A stretch of 48,555 nt of DNA from contig CM119269.1 in assembly GCA_051294375.1 (NCBI GenBank), positions 16,119,588-16,168,142 of the forward strand, given 5' to 3'. The position numbers and the translations under genes are program-made. The notes under the pieces are model-generated. The model was not told the DNA's origin. It searched no databases and saw only the letters and a list, made by a program, of their open reading frames with translations. The stretch is from Paraspadella gotoi. Its lineage: Eukaryota; Animalia; Chaetognatha. Positions 1-25,508 of the stretch are shown here, piece after piece (positions within the stretch are counted from its first letter, which is position 1; each line of letters begins with the position of its first letter).

Positions 1-269
1 GGGGGGGGAGATCGATGGAAATACGCGCCGTTTAATTCCGGTTCCAGAGTTCAGCCAATCAGGGGCGTGAGGTTCAAGGTTGGAATCGGCGGGCGACCAA
101 TCAAGAACCGCGAATCAAGTATACGACGCGTCGTTTTCGGAGGTAATCATATTTGCATCGAAACGGATTTTCCTTTTTTGGGGATTTGCTTTCCTTTTTT
201 TTTTCTTTCTAAAAATGGAATTAAGGAAAAACAGACAGAAATATAAAAGGAAAATAAGAAAGGAAAAAA

Positions 270-361
<92 letters not shown>

Positions 362-380
362 AATAAAGAAAGAAATAAAT
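270..380. repeat. (GAAA)n microsatellite (similar (TTTC)n runs at ~1551-1627 and ~28141-28232)
   Basis: Direct reading. Confidence 0.97.
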
Positions 381-1044
381 AAAAATTTATATAAAGACAA
401 TAAAGATGAAGTTAACAGTAATATTAACAGACAAGCAACTCACAAAATGTCTCGGAAAGCAACGCAAACAATTCTATCGAACGAAATAAATCTTTACAAG
501 AATTCCTAAAATAAAGCATGAAGGCAAAGAAAATTCTTTTTTTAAAATCCCTCTCGAATGGCGTCGAGGGGAAAAGAAAAAAGACTCTAACTTTAAAAAA
601 AAAAGGCAACGAAAACAACAACAACAAGAACAACAACAACAACGGGTTTATGAAATTTGACAAGCGACACGGGATGAAGCCATTGAGGCCGGGCAAAGAA
701 AAACTACCCCTTACGCCGAAATGGTAGACAAGCAATGGCAGACGTTTGACATCGGCTACACACGCCTGAAATGTCAGACAAACGAAGCCAATGGCAGACG
801 CATGACATCGCGCAGACGCCTTCCCACAAACGAGAGGAACAAAAATACCGAAGGCAGACCCTTCAAAACGGCCCTCACAGCTACTTTCTTTTCTTTTTCT
901 TTTTTTTTTGAACCACCTAGCCATACACATCGCCATCTAAGAACTGACAAAAAGGACGAGCAGAAGAGAGACGAGAGCACGACGAGTCGCAGACCCGAGA
1001 GTAACGACGCATGAGACGAGACCGGAGAGACGAAGCACGAGAAC

Positions 1045-1080
<36 letters not shown>

Positions 1081-1235
1081 AGAGACCGAGTAGGCAGAGA
1101 GGAGATAGAGGAGGAGGAGAGCCCTCTTTACGGCCACCGGGATCATGACGGAAACGAAATCTTTACTTTTTGAACTTCGTCATATCCATCCTACTCCTCT
1201 CTTTCTCTTCTTCTCTCTCTCTCTCTCTCTCTACA

Positions 1236-1266
<31 letters not shown>

Positions 1267-1550
1267 GACCGCTAGCTCTTTTTTGTTTCGCGTCGTTTGT
1301 CTTTTTTTATTTGTTTTTGTCATTCGCTGTCTATTCGTAATCGGAACATGGACGATGCAAGAAGCATACGAACTACCCTCTTTGACTTCCTCTTGGAAGG
1401 GAGAAGAGAGGGAGGAGGATGAAGAGGAGGAGAAGTTGGAGGTGGACCTTTGGGAGATCGAAGAGTGGATGTTTTCATCTTTTGTCACGGTCCGGTGGTT
1501 AGCTTTATGATTCACGATCTTTTGTCCTCTCTTTTCTTTTCTTTTTTTTT

Positions 1551-1626
<76 letters not shown>

Positions 1627-2282
1627 TCCCTCTCTCTCTCCTACTTAGAAAATCGGGGGGAAACGCTGGTTGTCAAAACAAGATTTGAAGCGCTGTAAAC
1701 CGAGGATTTCATTCGCTTCTCGTACGAATATGTTTCATGATGAGGAAGAAACCAGAAGAAAGGAAATTCTCTCTCTCTTTTAATAGATGGTCGGTGGGGG
1801 ATGATGGGAGAGGGAGAGAAAAAAGTAGAAAAAGAAAAAATAATAATCATCTGCCTTCTATGTTAGTTTTTATATGAGATGAGATTGAGCTCATAAATCT
1901 CATTTGCATATTGTCGCGTTGGCATTGACATTGAAAAAAATTAATGAACAATTTTACGAAGAATTTTTCTTATCAACATTGCCTCAAAAAGTTTCCATTG
2001 GTATGGATAAATTTAGATAAAATAAGTGAAATTGAATAAAACCAAAAAAAGAGGAAAAAAAATTTAGTAACAAAAATCCAATAAGAAGATAGAAAAAGAG
2101 AAGTTTTTTCCACCTTTTACATCTTACTAAAAAATAAAAAATAAAAAATTTCCATCAATTTTCAAATCCAAATGAAAGAAAAAAAAAAAGAAAAAAGACT
2201 TTTTTTTTCTTTTCTTTCCTCTCTCATCTCGATTCTCTCGCGTCCTTCCGTCGGACAAATCGTCTAAATCAGTCGACAATTT

Positions 2283-2377
<95 letters not shown>

Positions 2378-2519
2378 CCTCCGTTTTCCATCCGCGCGCG
2401 ACTTCTTCAAACTTTCCTCTTTATTTTATTATTATTTTTTTATTCCTTTTTCTCCCTTTTCCTTTTTTTCCCCATTTTCGGCTTACGACTCCATTGTTTC
2501 CATCCAAAAACAGATTTGG

Positions 2520-2572
<53 letters not shown>

Positions 2573-2581
2573 TCTACTCTC

Positions 2582-2612
<31 letters not shown>

Positions 2613-3858
2613 CTGGCATCTTTTTTAATTTTCATTTTCTTAATCTATTTTTATCATTTTTCTTTTTCACAAACTTTTCTCTCCCATTTAACCAAGAGTC
2701 CCCTCGCTTAATCTCACATCCATTTCATACTCTTAACAAGTAATGTATACGTAAGTGATTTATCTATCCAAAATGCGCTTTATCTTTTATTAACTTAGCT
2801 GGTTATTCTCTTGTTTAAGCAACTCGGTCTCTCTATCCTGTCGGTTTAATATCTTTATAACGGTGATTAAAGTCAAAATAAGGCGGACTGCGACGGGTTA
2901 AGACCCTTTTTTTTTCATTTTAAAAAAATTATTTCCAGTTTTTGGTCTTTCTCCTCTCCAACTGCTTCTTACTCTATTCTATCTGCCTCCTCCTCCATCC
3001 CTAATTCTTCTCCTACCTGCTTCTGTCTCCCTCCTCCCCTTAATCTTCCTCCTCCTCCTCGCTCGCTAATACTTCTTCCTGCCTCCTAGCGCTCCCTCCT
3101 AATCTCCTCGCCCCAACTTCCTCCATTTCTTGATTTCCGCGTTTTCACAACTTGAAAGAAAAAAAAAAAATTAAAAGACGCCAGTTCTCAGTCGATTTTA
3201 GTGTGCTCTGGTCGTTTGTCCGTCAGCTGATCCGCGCTTCTCCCGCTCTCTCTCTCTCTCTCTCACGTCTCTCTCTCCTCGGATTCTCTCCAAGTCCTGT
3301 CGATCCTAATTCTTTCAGTCTCTCTCGTCTCTCTCTCTATCTGCTTTCCTTTTCACCTTCCTCACCGCCTTCCTTTCTTCTTCTTCCGGACCCCCGGGCA
3401 TCAATTCTTCACTCTTCGACTCAATTTAAAAACAATTCTGCTGCTCATTAAACTTACTCTCTCTTCTTTCCCTTGCGCCTGCTACCTACATCTTTTTCCC
3501 TGCTCCCTACAACTTCTCTGCTCTTGAATAGCATGAAAACTACCCCATCTCGCCATCTAACTGTCGTTACCCTCTCCCCAAACCCCCGCAATCCAACCTT
3601 ACCATTCTCCATAACCGAGTCACACTCCCTCTCTTCCTCACCAAATTTTTTCGCAAAAATCTCGCCCGAATTTTATTCCTAATTTTTTTCTTTTATCCTT
3701 TTTTTTAAATATTTTTTTAAATTTTTTAAGTCGTTGATAAACTGTGCCGTTTAGGAGCGTCGTTGTCGTCGTTGTCGTCGTCGCTTTAGTCGTCGTTGCT
3801 TTCGTCTTTATTATGGAATGTTGTCCTTGTTTAGAAAGTAAGAAAGAGGTACGGGAGA

Positions 3859-3861
<3 letters not shown>

Positions 3862-3950
<89 letters not shown>
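3862..3950. repeat. (GA)n microsatellite, representative of many GA/CT runs (approx. 1050, 2287, 5590, 17957, 25133, 27747, 37965, 43285, 46613, 48508)
   Basis: Direct reading. These runs produce the ERER/SLSL ORFs in the track. Confidence 0.97.
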
Positions 3951-3954
<4 letters not shown>

Positions 3955-4067
3955 GACTTAAGACCTTGGAATGCAAGAAGACAATAAACGTACGATATCA
4001 TAAGCAAGGTGGACTATCACTCTGAAAACAGCGAGTATCACAAGCAACCACGATTCCGCGAATACTA

Positions 4068-16378
<12,311 letters not shown>

Positions 16379-16994
16379 GTTGTACAGGTGGAACCCAGAC
16401 GATGAAATCTTGGCGTCTTCTCGCCGTAGGGCGTGAGGGTCGTTGGGCGTTGCCAGCGTCGACGCGTGGGACGGGCGGCGTCACAGACGTGGCGCCGGAA
16501 GTTGGCGAAGCGGCGTCGTGACGTGATCGCGCGTCCCCGTCCCCGGATTTTCGGCGTCGCGGGGAGAAGAGCGAAGTGCGATGAGGAGGGGGGTTGTTGT
16601 TGTTGTTGTTGTTGTTGTTTTTTGTTCGGAGTCCAAAAAACGAAAAAAAAAGAAAAAAAAACAGATCAAAATAAATATTTTTTTTCCGCGTTTAATATCT
16701 TTTCTTTACTAATTTAGTTTGTTCATTTGTTCATTTGTTTTTGTCTCCACGACTTTAGTTTCTCTCCGCTAGAAGTCTTTCCCTTTTATTTTTTGTCTTT
16801 GTCGAGATCATGATTAAAGTTTCGAACTCCGTCGCTAGGCAACCACAACGGCGTTTTTCGTCCCTCCCTCCCCCTTTAGTTTTTTTACGTTTTCTCTTCT
16901 TCCGTATTTTTCCCCTTCTGTTCATCAAAAGATATTTTTCCTGGTTTTGTTCATCGATAATATTCAGAGAGAGACGGAGAGAGAGAGAGACAGA

Positions 16995-17028
<34 letters not shown>

Positions 17029-17355
17029 CAGATAGACTGAGAAAAGAGATACACGATTCGCGAGGAATCGACGGACACAAAAAAACTTTTTCGTCTTTTG
17101 TTTACATTTTTCTTCTTTTTTTTTTCTCCCCTTTTTTTTTCTCCAACTCTCTCTCGTCGTGAAGGCGCGCGGCAAAGGGGAGAGGAGTCCCGTATGTAAC
17201 TGGAAAAACGGAGAGAAAGAGCCGGATGTAATCGAGAGAGGGGAAAAGTTTAGCCGCGCGGCGCGATGAACGTCATTAAACCACCGAGAACTCCATAAAA
17301 ACAAATGAATGAAAAGTTAAAAGCGACTAGAGAGAGAGAGAGAGTTAGATAGAGC

Positions 17356-17386
<31 letters not shown>

Positions 17387-17956
17387 GGACGGCTTGTAAA
17401 CGGGGAGGAAGAAAGAAGAGGAGGAGGATAAAGGTGGGAGGAGGAGGAGAAAATGGATGAGGAGGAGGGAGGAGAAGGAGGAGAAGGAGGAGGAGGAGGA
17501 GGAGGGGCCGGGTGCTCGAGGGGCAAAAAGTACGACGAAGGTGAGTGTCGGCGGGGTGAAGGGAAAAGCGGCGTCGTGGGGCGGCGTCGAACGGCGTCGT
17601 GCGGCGCTCGATGAAAAAAAAAACGTGTAATGAAGGAAGCCGTAAAAAATCTTTTCTTTCCTTTTTTCTTTTTTGTTGTCGTTGTTTTTTTTTTTTTTTT
17701 TTTGTTTCTTTGTTTTTTATTCTCATGCAAAAGATCATCGGAAGAGAATGAAAACCCCAAAACAAAAGGGAATCGCGGAAACGAACGAACTAAAACAAAA
17801 AAAGAATTTAAATTTCTTTTTGTCGATTCGATTCTTATTGTTTTTTGTTTATGTTTCTTTTTTATGTTCGATTTTACTTTTATCTCTCGTTCATTCTAAG
17901 AATCCACAACGCGTAAGGTTCTTCTCTTTTTTTTAATGGTAAGACTGAGTTTTCGC

Positions 17957-18055
<99 letters not shown>

Positions 18056-20835
18056 TTCTAATTAAACGAGAGGGAAGGAAAACCCATTTTGGACTCAGTA
18101 GTCGGACGCGAAGATCTCGACGTTTCTGACGGAAAAGAATTTCGGGGCCGAAGAAAAAAAAAAACCCGAAATTTTCTCTCAGAGCGCATGGCGAACCGGA
18201 ACCTGAGTCGGGCGTCGCGTAGGGGCGCGCGCGTCGAGTCTCTCTCGCGCCGGCGCCCTCGACGCCGAATCCGAGACGGCGTCGTGGCGCGTCGTCGTCG
18301 TCGTTGTCGTCGTCGTGAGGCGGCGTCCACGGTCGTTGCCTGATCTCCCCCGACGGTCGCTTCTTCCCATCGAGGAAGGGAAGAAGGAAAAACGGAAGGG
18401 AGAAGTAAAAAACTAAAGGAGAAACCTGAGGAAAAGATGGGAGGGTATTAGATGGGGAGAGAAGGGGGGGGAAATTAGGATGGGGAAGTGGAAGAGATTA
18501 AGGGGGTGAGTATGATGGAAATTGGAATATGAGTGGGGGAAGATATTAAGGGATGAAAGTGGGAGATATTAGGAAATGGGAATGGTAGAAAATAGGGAAG
18601 GAGTAGTGAGAGAAATAAAGGTTTGTAAAGGGGGGGGATGAGAGTAAGTGATATTAAATAATGAAAGTGGGAAAAATAAATGAAAGAGAGAGTCTGCGAA
18701 TGGAATGAGAGTTGGGATCAGATTTAAAATGTTTACACTCGAGGAAGTAAGTTTATCGTGGAAGTTGACTTGGAACGAAAAAGAAAGTCTCAGCTCGCAG
18801 ATGGCCGTTCATGTTTAACTTAACTGATTCTTAGTAGTGAGAATGAAGAAATTTGTTTAGGATTGTACTTTTTTTTTTCGACAAGACTTAGTCAATGATC
18901 AAACGCGATTTTATTTAGGCAATCTTTTTATTTCTATGCAGAATTTTTTTGGATAAATTTTCTTGTCTAATTAAAAAAATTTTGCCTGTGACTACGTTTT
19001 AAGTTTAATTAATTTTCAACTAATAAAGAACGTTTACTGACAAATACTTAATAGAAATCCGAAAAGGAGAGCGTGAGAGAGACAGAGAGAGAGCAAAGAC
19101 TCGACCGGACAATTGCATGAAAAGCGAAAAAGGGTTAAAGGAAGAGAAATGAGGGACAAGAAAACTAGAGAAAAAAAAAAAAAGAAAAACAGAAAGAGGA
19201 AAAAGGAGAAAAGAGAAAAAAAAAAGGAGAGCAGGAAAAAAAAGGAAAGAAGCGAAAAAACGATTTGGGGAGAAAAATTCGTATTACGTTCGACAGAAAG
19301 AAAAAAAATCGCTAGGAAATCACGATTACGAGAGGAAAGAGGAGGAAAAGAAAGATGGAAGAAAGGTGCATCTGCTTCTCTCTCTCTCTCCTCTGCTCTT
19401 CTCTCTCTCTCTCTCTCTCCTTTGAGCTCATTATACTCAGCTCCTCCCGGGACGCAAGCCCCGTCATATCCACGTGAGCAGCGGCGCGCGTGCTGCCGAC
19501 CCGAGCTTCTACTTCTCCTTCCTGGCTTTCTTCCCCGCTCGGCATCGGGGTCGACGACTTTTTTCTCTTCTCGATTGGTGAGTCGGGCCTTCTTCCGGTC
19601 GGAAAGTCCTCGAGCGGATCGTGGGCCGGATCTCTACCTCTCTCTTCTCCTCTTCTCTCTCTCTCTTACTCCTCTTGCCTCTTCTCTTGCTCTCTAATTG
19701 TTTTTCTATCTTTAGCAATATTACTTAGCAATTACTTGAATTCAGTATTTTTTTCAACCTATTTAATTTTTTAAAATTGAAAATTACAATTTTTTTTTAT
19801 TTAAGGAATATTTTACAGCGTTTGCCCAAAGTCCGATTATTTTAATTCTACCTTGATTTATTTAAAAATCGTTTGTGTCTGCTACTATTACTCTTCATAC
19901 TGTCCTCAGCTCGTAACAAAAAAATGCAAAAATTATAATTATATATATAATCTTATTTGCAATCATTTTAATCCTTTATCATATTTTCAATTGTTTTCAG
20001 TCATATTTAATCATTATTGTTAGATTTATATCTTTTTAGTAATATATTATATTTTAGCTCAAAATCTTAAAACTTTTTAAAAAAGGAAACAAAATATAGC
20101 AAATTTTTTCACTCGTTATTTAATTTCTGTGTAAATATTCCTCATAATTTTTCCCCCCGTCTTATAACTTTCTTATTTATTTTTTGTTTCATTGGTGATT
20201 TATTGTTTCAAATTTTGTAATAATTTTTCTTTCATTCTTTTTCTTTTGCTTTCTTCTTTTCTTTTTTTTCTTTTCTTTTTTTTCAAAAAAAAAAAGACTA
20301 CCCGAATTCCGCTGCGAACCATAATCGATCGGCTCGGACGGAGAGAGAAAGAGACGGTGTGACGTGAGACGAGTCGGGTAAGGGAGGAAAGAGAGAAAAG
20401 AGTAAGTCAAGTTAGTTGCTGCGGCCTCCGACCGGCATTCGACCTTTGCAGCACACCGCCGATCCGGAGGAGATTAAGCGAGAAGGAAGGAGGAAGAGGA
20501 GTTTTTAAGAAAAGAGCCGAGCGGAGAGTAAGTCGAAGAACATGGGAGCAGGCCGCTCTGCCGTCGCGCTGCTGCTCCCGGGACAGGCTGCGCTGATACG
20601 AGGCTTCTGAAGTATAAGCATTCTCTCTTTTCTCTTCTCTCTCTTCTCTCTCTCTCTCTCTCTCTCTCATCTCGTCTCTCTTCTCTCTCTCTCTCTCTCT
20701 CTCACTTGCCTTTGGCTTTTCTTTTTTCTTACTTTTTTGTTTTTTACATTTTAAGCTTCTTTGCTTTCCTTCCTTGTCCTTATCCTTCTCCTTTTTCCTT
20801 TCCTCGATTTAGATACATTTACAGTAATTATCTTG

Positions 20836-21089
20836 TTTTTTACTTTTATTCCTTCTATTCATTCGCTGTTTGCCATTTTATATTCCTTTCTTCCTTCCCT
20901 TCCTTCCTTCCTTTCCTCCTTTCCTTCCTTCCTTCCTTCTCCTTCCTTTTACCTTCTTCCTTCCTTTCTTTCCTTCCTTNNNNNNNNNNNNNNNNNNNNN
21001 NNNNGGAAGGAAGGAAGGAAGGAAGGAAGGAAGGAAGAAAGGAATATAAAAAATGGCAAAGGCGAATGATAGAAGGAATAAAGTAAAAA
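20836..21089. repeat. Inverted duplication around 25-N gap 20980-21004 with (TTCC)n/(GGAA)n core
   Basis: tttttacttttattccttctattcattcgctgtttgccattttatattcc is the approximate reverse complement of 21041-21089. Confidence 0.85.
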
Positions 21090-21299
21090 NNNNNNNNNNN
21101 NNNNNNNNNNNNNNNNNNNNNNNNNNNNNNNNNNNNNNNNNNNNNNNNNNNNNNNNNNNNNNNNNNNNNNNNNNNNNNNNNNNNNNNNNNNNNNNNNNNN
21201 NNNNNNNNNNNNNNNNNNNNNNNNNNNNNNNNNNNNNNNNNNNNNNNNNNNNNNNNNNNNNNNNNNNNNNNNNNNNNNNNNNNNNNNNNNNNNNNNNNN

Positions 21300-21333
<34 letters not shown>

Positions 21334-24300
21334 CAGATTTTTTTTTGCGAAACTCAAGGATAGAATTGGAGAGGCGAGGAGATAAGAAGAAAGAACAGTG
21401 AGGATGGAATGAAAAAGAAACTGGAACTTTTGCAGAAATGCGATGGAAAAATGAAGGATATGTTTAATAGGAAAGGAATTAATGGATTGGTATTAACATA
21501 GATAAGACGAAATAGATAGAGATGAATGAAGGATTTTTAGCCGAAGGAATTGGTGTCATGTAATCAATGATAGTAAGTTAAAAGCATGGTGATAAGTGGA
21601 GTTAGATTTAAAAAAAGGTAAAAATCACAAGGAGAGACGGCGAGTATTAAAATGGGCTCTACTTTCACGGGGAGAGTTTAGAAGCCAAAAGGAAACGGCG
21701 GTAAATCACTTGCGTGGATTGTGAGTGAAAAGGAAGGGCGGGGAAGTGAGAGGGAAAGGTGACAAGTCAAACGGAAAAAATTGTAAGTGAAAAGGAAGGA
21801 AGACGGAAAGACGAGAAATTCAATTCCAAAAACGGAATAAGTCGAAAAGAAAGAAAAAAAGTGGAAAATTTTCACGTTTGACGGTTAAATGTCGCCGTTG
21901 CTCTTTTTCAATGACATCGTTTTCGAATTTACGTTTGAGACGCGAATATTTGTTTCGATTCGATTGTAAATGGCCAAGGAGAACAAAAAAAAACAAATAA
22001 CCGTAAAAACAAAAAAAACAAAAAAACAACGAATTACGACGTTACGCATCGTCGTCGATATCGTCGTCTTCGTCGTCGTCATCGTCGGCAACAAACATCG
22101 CAAAGAAAAGGAAGAGCGACGCACTTTTACTACTTGTTACTTTGAGTACATTATCCTACCGCTCTTCTTCCTCCTCCTCCTCCTCCCTTCCCTCAGCCTC
22201 CTCTTCATCCCTCCCTCGTTATCCGCATCTTCCTCATCCTCTTCCTCATCCTCTTCTCTCTCCTCCTCTCATGTAGAATCACCGGCGATTTACAATCTGT
22301 TTTTGTCAAACTATTGCGTGGCGCCGCTGAGAGTTTCCGCTCAATTATGGCGCCCGTGGCACAAACGATCCAGGAAGGGAGTCAATGAGAAAGGCGCCCC
22401 TTTAGGAAAGGTGCCCGTAGCAACTTGGATGAGGAGCCGATTGCCCGAGCGCCCTTTGGGAAAAACCTTTCTTTCGAAGATGCCAATTTGGAGGTGGGTA
22501 TTGGAAAACGTTCGTGAATTGAGTTGGTGGCGAGGTCGTTTAAAGAGGCGGCCATAAAGAAACATTTTTTTCGACAATTAAGACGAATTTAAGAATTTTT
22601 TTTTTTTTAACAATGCTGAGGATTAGAAAATTAGAACCATGAACGTAATGGTAATGTTAAAAATTGAATGAATTGCGAGATCGGCGATTTTAAGGCAACC
22701 ATTCGAGAGCAAAGAACTAATCGCAAGGTACAAATCGCTTCTCGTAATAAAACAAAGCGTCGCCAGCACAATGCCCGGCGCTTTGAGGCCACGGGCGGCC
22801 CGCGATGGGCCCATTGTTTCGCTTCCCATTCAAGGATGAAAAGAAAAAAAATAAAAGGGAGCGATTCTCAGATTTTGTGGACGAGGAAATCGAAATGAAA
22901 ACGCGACAAAAAAGACGGTTATTGTTTTTTAAAACAGAGGAAGAAACAAAGGTTATATAACAAACAAAACAAAAAAACAACAACAACGAAAAGTCGTGAA
23001 ACGAAGAAAAAGCGAAGACGTCGGTCGAAAAGATTCGCAAAAAAATGTCGTTGATGTATTTGTTATTCTTTATTTTTGTATTTTTTTGTTATCTTTGTTG
23101 ACGCCTGTGTTATGAGCGTGTAATNNNNNNNNNNNNNNNNNNNNNNNNNNNNNNNNNNNNNNNNNNNNNNNNNNNNNNNNNNNNNNNNNNNNNNNNNNNN
23201 NNNNNNNNNNNNNNNNNNNNNNNNNNNNNNNNNNNNNNNNNNNNNNNNACCAGGAGCGGGAAGAGGAGGAGGCGAGCTTTTTCGTTTCTCTCCTCCTCCT
23301 CCTCATCTTCCTCCTCCTCCTACTCGTTCTTCCTCCTCCTCCCTCTCCCCAAGGAATCGGCCGGTCTTATCATCCTCCTCCCGTTTTGGCGGCTAATCAT
23401 GACTCTGCCATGGGCATGGTTATGGGCTCGAAGCCTCGCGCGCTTCTCCAACTCGCCCGACTATTTATTTCTTTTTCTTTTAATTTTTTTTTTCTTTTTT
23501 ATGTTTTTTTTTTAATTCGCTTTTTGTTTTCTCGTTTTTTTTTTAAATTTTATTATTAGTAATTCCTTATTCGAGTATAGATATACTTATACGCAACGTG
23601 CAAAGACGAAAGGAAGAGATTGACTAAGAATCGATAAATAAGATTTTTGATACAACTCTCTATAAAAAAATGCTTATAGTGGCGAGACATGAAAGAGAAA
23701 TAGATGAAAGCTTCCGCGCGGCCAAAGAAAAAAAAAAGAGAAGAAAAAGAAGAAAAAAACCTTTTCCGTATTTTTCTTTTTTTTTTCTTCTCATTTTCTT
23801 TTTTTTTCTTCTGCGAAATTGCGAGTCTCCGAAGATTCCAGGGGTCGCGTCTTTGAGGTTACCTACCAACCGGGATTAGCGCCTCCCTCCCGCTCCTTAC
23901 CCGGCCTTACCTTTCATTCCTCCCACCCCCCCGCGATTCCTCTTTATTTCTGACGACGCCAACCTACAATTACAAATACAATTTCCTAGTCACTCTGCTC
24001 TGCTACGTATCAAGAAGACCCTACACTTACCTTTACTTACTCACACGCTAAAGTACAATTTCCCCTTTCAAAACCTTAAATTATACCACCACTTAATCCC
24101 AATTCTTCCACTTCTCTCTCTGTCACCAAAAACCACGTAACCCGAATCGCCCACGACCATGTCTCGTCCATGTTTCATCCATGTTTCTCCCTCTCTGTCA
24201 GCAAAAAAACACCTTAACCCTTCCACGCCCAATTTTCCCTCAATATTTTCGTCGGTGACTTACTAAGTGCGCCATTTTTTTCCCTTCCACTTCTTTCCTC

Positions 24301-25130
24301 TTTCCTCCGCCTTTACTATTTTTATTTCTTTCCTTACTACTTTATCCTCCGCTTTTCTTTCCTTTCCTTCCATTATATTCGACCACTTACTCCTTTCCTC
24401 CATTTCTTTTCCTTTCTCGTCTCTTTCTCCTTCCTCCTTCCCTCCTTCCTCTTCGTATCTCTCGTTACTTTTTTCCAATTTATTTTTTCCTTAATTCACC
24501 CTTTCCTCCTTTCCTTTTCTTCTTTAAACCTCGCGTTATCATCTTTTGTTACTCCTTCATTTTTTTCCGTTTTTTTTTTCTCTCTCTTTCTCTCTCCCAG
24601 CTCTTTTCAGTTTTTTACATTTCTCTTTTTCCTTTTTTTTTATAATTTTTTCCCCTTTTTCGTCCCCCTTCCCTTTCCTTTCCTCTCCCTTCCTTTCCTT
24701 CCTCCTCCCCTTCCTCCTCCGACAACGCGCCTCCGTCGTGCGAGAGCTTCTCTCGTGGAAACGACGACGGAAACTGCGACGACGAGAGCGACGACCGAAC
24801 GCCGACGACGTTGGAACGACGACGACGACCCCAGGGTGGAAAGGGGTGAAATGACGTTGCTTCGAGGTCGGGGGGTGAGACGAGCGAGAGAACGAGAGAG
24901 AGAGAAAGAGAGAGAGAGTGAGAGTGAGAGTGAGAGAGAAAGGAAATGGATGAAAAAAAAAATTGCAGCAGCGACGAGGCGTACTCGACGCGGCCGCGGA
25001 TGCAGCCGACGCGGCCGGTCGCGAACGACGCCGCAGCTTTGCGCGCGCGAGACGAGGCCGCGGCGGCGTCGGCTGAAGCGCGTGCGGACGCGCGTCCGAC
25101 GCTTGGCCGGCCGTGAAGAAAAACGTGGAT

Positions 25131-25203
<73 letters not shown>

Positions 25204-25291
25204 TTTACGTATTGGGAAATTCTAGTAACCTGAGGTTCGCCCCAGCGGGGATTTGGATGAGCCCGGGGTGAAAGGGCGATCAAAGAGGGTT

Positions 25292-25508
25292 TGTTGAGGT
25301 TGAGGGGTTGAGAAAGAAGATGAGGTTTAGAGATTGAGGGGTTGAGAAAAAGAAGAAAGGAGTTGAAGTTGAGGGGATGAGGATCAGATAGGAGTTGAGA
25401 TTGAGGGGTTGAGAAAAAAGGGAAAGGAGTTGAGGTTGAGGGGTTGAGAAGGTTGAGGAGTTAAGGATGAGTAGTAGGCAATAGAAGTTGAGATTGAGGG
25501 GTTGAGAA
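25292..25508. repeat. Degenerate tandem repeat built on TTGAGGGGTTGAGAA
   Basis: Motif recurs about 6 times at irregular 25-65 bp spacing. Confidence 0.75.

Noticed and set aside
740-775. tttcag|GCGTGTGTAGCCGATGTC (ACVADV) as the missing DACGLSD exon
   Set aside because: Wrong phase and no further similarity to the highly conserved C-terminal LBD.
80-3976. Many 60-170 aa ORFs (KERK, SLSL, ERER, poly-V)
   Set aside because: Translations of microsatellites, often with non-ATG starts and no domain signal. The same applies to similar ORFs across 16.5-48 kb.
21970-22557. 195-aa plus-strand ORF
   Set aside because: A patchwork of simple repeats with no domain or exon structure.
25292-25508. TTGAGG-rich tract as interstitial telomere
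   Set aside because: No run of TTAGGG or TTAGG; it is a degenerate minisatellite.
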